DNA of 64,000 nt from an uncultured Planctomycetota bacterium (GTDB taxonomy: Bacteria > Planctomycetota > PLA2 > JAEUHO01): the NCBI GenBank assembly GCA_963752285.1, contig CAVVXN010000005.1, positions 960,001 to 1,024,000 on the forward strand, in the 5' to 3' direction. Positions 62,501 through 64,000 of this stretch are shown here, one piece after another (within the stretch, counting starts at the first letter, position 1; each line of letters opens with the position of its first letter). A program made the translations under genes and the position numbers. The notes below the pieces were generated by a model, which was given only the letters and a program-made list of their open reading frames with translations, was not told the DNA's origin and did no database searches.

Positions 62501-64000
62501 CGAGCGGCCGGCCGCGAGGAGCGAGCGCCGGCGACTCCTGAACTCCTCCGCGAACGCCGTGTCGGCGCACCGGGAGGCGTGGCCGAGCCCCGAGCGAAGG
62601 AGCGTCGTCCTCCGGCAGGCGATCGCCTCTTCCTGGAACGCGGGTGAGATCGCGCCCGTCGCCACGGCCTCGGGGGTGAAGAGGTAGGCGGTCCCCAGGA
62701 GGACGCCGATCGCGACGCCCCGCTCCACGAGGCCCGCGGCGAGCGTCTGCACCATGCCCGCGGAGGCCGCGTCGTGGATGCCGCCCGCGAAGAGCACCCG
62801 GACGGTCGCGAGGTCCACGCCCGCGTCGCAGAGACGGTCGATCGCGCTCTGCCACAGCACGAAGCTCGACCGCGGCCCGACGTGGCCGCCGCACTCGCGC
62901 CCCTCGAGGACGAAGCGGCGCGCGCCCTCCACGAGGAACGCCTCGAGCAGGCCGGGCGACGGGACGTGCAGGTACGTCTCGATGCCCTCGGCCTCGAGCG
63001 CCGCGGCCTGCGCGGGCCGCCCGCCGGCGACGATCGCGAAGCGTGGTCGGATCTCGCGCACGACCCGGAGCTGCTCCTCACGGAGCTGCGGCGGGACGAA
63101 GCCCAGGATCCCGACGCCCCACGGCGACGCGCCGAGCTGGGAACGGGCGCCCTCGAGCATTCGCCGTACGGCGTCCTCGCGCAGGAGGGCGAGCGCGAAG
63201 AACGGGAGCGCGCCGTGCTCGGCGACCGCGCGCGCGAAGGCGGGCACGTCGCTGACGCGCGTCATGGGCCCCTGGACGACCGGGTACCGGGTCCCGTGGA
63301 CGCGGGCGAGCGTCGCGTCGGGCGCCAAGGCGCGCTGGGCGGGCGCGCGGTCCAGATGGTGCCGCACCTCGGCGCGGTACCGCTCGAGGATCCGCCCGAG
63401 CGTGCCCGCGGTCTTCGCGAGGCGCGCCGCGAAGGCGACGCCCTGTCCCATCGGGACGGGCCCGCCGGACTCCGGCGGTCGCTCGCGCCAGCGGGCGAGG
63501 ACGGCGCGCACCGCCTCGAGCCCGCCGGGCTCCGCGACCTCGAGCGCGGCGACCGCGTCGCGGTCCTCGTGCCGGAACAGCCGGACCGCGGCCCCCTCTT
63601 CCGCGAGCAGGACCGTCTCGGTCCCGTCGAGGGCCTCGAGGCGCCGGCGCTCCCGCGCGTCGAACGGCGCCTCCCGCGCGAGCCAGGTCTCCTCCGAGAG
63701 GACCACGCCCTCCGCGCCCCCGAGCCGGAGCGCGGCCGCGACGTCGGGGCCCGTGGCGCCGCGGACGAGGTAGGGCAGGCCCAGCCGCTCTCCCACGGCC
63801 TGCACGAAGAGGAACGTCGAGAGCGCGCCCGCCCGCCCCCCGGCCTCCTGGCCGACCAGGACGACGGTGTCGGGACGGGCGTCCCGGGCCGCACGCGCCT
63901 GATCGGGGTCGTACGCCTCGACGTACACGCGATCGGCGAGACGCCGGGCCTGCCGCACCGCCTCCGCCACACGCGCGGGGTCGCCGGAGAGACCGGCCAG
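56558..64000 (-). CDS. PUFA-synthase-like PKS subunit 1: pseudoER-ER(FabK/PfaD-like)-KS-AT-ACP-KR (5'-truncated by window edge)
   Basis: TIM-barrel ER (VQGPMTRVSD, EGRECGGHVG, FAGGIHD), KS (DAACSSS, EAHATGT, KSQIGH), AT (FPGQG, GHSYG, AFHT), one ACP (LGIDSIK), KR (TGGARGIT, YSAANE). Confidence 0.93.
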   Translation of the reverse strand: MAGLSGDPARVAEAVRQARRLADRVYVEAYDPDQARAARDARPDTVVLVGQEAGGRAGALSTFLFVQAVGERLGLPYLVRGATGPDVAAALRLGGAEGVVLSEETWLAREAPFDARERRRLEALDGTETVLLAEEGAAVRLFRHEDRDAVAALEVAEPGGLEAVRAVLARWRERPPESGGPVPMGQGVAFAARLAKTAGTLGRILERYRAEVRHHLDRAPAQRALAPDATLARVHGTRYPVVQGPMTRVSDVPAFARAVAEHGALPFFALALLREDAVRRMLEGARSQLGASPWGVGILGFVPPQLREEQLRVVREIRPRFAIVAGGRPAQAAALEAEGIETYLHVPSPGLLEAFLVEGARRFVLEGRECGGHVGPRSSFVLWQSAIDRLCDAGVDLATVRVLFAGGIHDAASAGMVQTLAAGLVERGVAIGVLLGTAYLFTPEAVATGAISPAFQEEAIACRRTTLLRSGLGHASRCADTAFAEEFRSRRRSLLAAGRSAEDVRVDLEILNVGRLRVASKGLRRRGRADAEADDLASRAERLEGELERVDSSEQRREGMFMLGDVATLRDGRQSMAALHDAVSRGAVEWTHRHAVPLAVGARRRSGGERIAIVGMACCFPGAPDLASFWACVLRGADAVRDVPESRWSPSLFYDPDRRAPDRLYARRGAFLEPIRFDPLRYGIPPATVTHLEPVQLLALETARRALEDAGFDRHPFPRERTSVIFGSSGIHDLGISYVFRTMVEQLLLRTSSLGDDARRRAVESVRAALPPWTEDVFPGVLPNLIAGRIANRLDLMGANYVVDAACSSSLAALHAAVGQLRSRVADVVVVGAADGSNNAFTFMGFAKTQALTPGDVPRPFDAGADGIVLGEGVGAVVLKRLEDAERDGDDVYAVIRGIGTSSDGRNRSLTAPHPAGQVLALRRAYEDAGVDPATVELIEAHATGTAVGDAAEIESLQAVLGPGRPTCAIGSVKSQIGHAKTAAGLAGLVKTALALSHRTLPPTLHVERPNPRLLEAGSRVYANTERRPWIRDVRHPARRAGVSAFGFGGTNFHVVLEAYEDAFCPDATRDLAPRDAEVVSIGRPTREALAEAVARIEGETAGLPEGALARVAAAVHADERARDRDGPDAARLGVVASSLSDLRSALARAREALAAGAGLDEARGTWLSDAPPARAKEVAFLFPGQGAQRIGMLGDLVTTAGFDTSVFEEADHLLRDLLPVPLSAYVFPQPAWTKADRRRRREELEDTRVAQPALGAVELFALDVLATFGLRPAFTAGHSYGEYVALHAAGAYGRRDLLVVSALRGAAVHDVAAEGEGGMIAVAAGEDEVRAALAEEHLGLEIANLNAPRQTIVAGPRAAVDEGLTRLAARGLAARRVPVSAAFHTALVTEASKAILPELEKVAMRPPAVPVHSNVTAKPYPRDVVAMKELLGRHLSHPVRFVEQVRAMHDAGARVFVEAGPGGILSGFVRRILEGRPHVTLPLDLPGEPGGLVLARLLARAFAIGLEVDLAPLFTRRGFGSRGLSEVTREIREAERVRPTDVLVEPGGVSPVAPRAGEAARSAAPGASPADGPASAPKARAVVPAPARTPRAGGRDGESGDPPPMPEPDPSPAPPPSPTPAPIERPLGPEVRGARGDATLPLEVQRTIRDWIGLQREQQRVFERLIELQTRLLDGTPSGSVPPVRPPAEAGASGAEPAFLGVVPTPVLAPLEPLASPGSPEVGGGGADPSAPGPGAARGNDVSSDTPAASDTAGGARAVTGEAAAGEAPSVETFHQELLREVSRRTGYPEDLLLPDVPLEAGLGIDSIKLMEIFSALKRYHRYFADPDQDEEEVLAEFTRLKTIGAIVERYAHQREVVGADVPPSPADDGTNARAARASVAPAAPPSGAAPSGSATATTDTPSAATVASPPARPVERWVLESVEAALPPADLEPTTLGLAPDAGVLVLGDGPEAYGAIGSGLRSAGVPAWQVLPGRGFERLDERRFAVDLEDRAAVDRLRAVLADGGRRVGALVNLLGLDPRVRDATDEAGAGARILRQLLTVGQAFGPDLRASAEAGGALLLNVTALDGRFGLGGRRPLAVAQAASVGFFKALAKEWPGVRVKSIDVDPDADAEIVLTRLAAEAGATDDLVEVGLDRAGRWRLDLAAAGGHGNGSGAGNGTGNGNGHGDGDGHPGGDAGALAALPLDAESVVLVTGGARGITAEVLKRLAAASGALLVIVGRSPRPGPAAEPADLAGARDGAALRAALARRAAASGAPPRPEAIETEARRVLVEREVRANLAALEATGAAVEYHALDVRDDEAFGNLIDDVYARHGRIDGVIHAAGVVEDRRIEDKTAASCARVFDTKVRPALVLARRLDPERLRFLAFFSSVSGRFGNAGQADYSAANEVLNKLAADLDRRWPARVVAINWGPWDGGMLSDGLRRVYRERGIGLIDPADGSEAFLDEIRRTTERSPEVVWAVGAPALARGGTTPGRR
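57470..57550 (-). repeat. low-complexity Gly-Asn/His repeat linker within the KR region
   Basis: GHGNGSGAGNGTGNGNGHGDGDGH encoded by repeated GGGAACGGC-like units. Confidence 0.6.

Overview
Very GC-rich bacterial chromosomal segment. Gene content suggests Planctomycetota (inference from a DUF4388/PEGA/propeller protein, a second S1 paralog, TPR-HEAT proteins and a secretin-like protein). It holds about 41 densely packed real CDSs; most long ORFs in the supplied track are antisense or off-frame shadows. In order: (1) an aroA-cmk-rpsA operon interrupted by two paralogous exported TPR-HEAT genes and galE; (2) purC-purE-mtnA and a 1203-aa DUF4388-TPR-TM-PEGA-propeller protein; (3) CoA-dependent aromatic catabolism: boxC-boxB with no boxA, next to DUF971 and an OYE-type flavoenzyme, plus a PaaI thioesterase and a salicylyl-/anthraniloyl-CoA monooxygenase further on; (4) gcvP-trmH-sdaA-KamA-like amino-acid genes; (5) envelope and surface genes: ampG, lipoproteins, an IPT/TIG adhesin, a tandem secretin-like protein, an ABC exporter and a membrane MutS-like ATPase; (6) at the right end, a 5'-truncated PUFA-synthase-like iterative PKS operon: [pseudoER-ER-KS-AT-ACP-KR] + [KS-AT-DH-PPTase] + PAPS sulfotransferase. 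The PKS operon is the best candidate for an uncharacterised system, possibly making a sulfated lipid. No rRNA, complete tRNA, CRISPR array or mobile element was recognised. All family calls come from motif recognition by eye, not from database searches.
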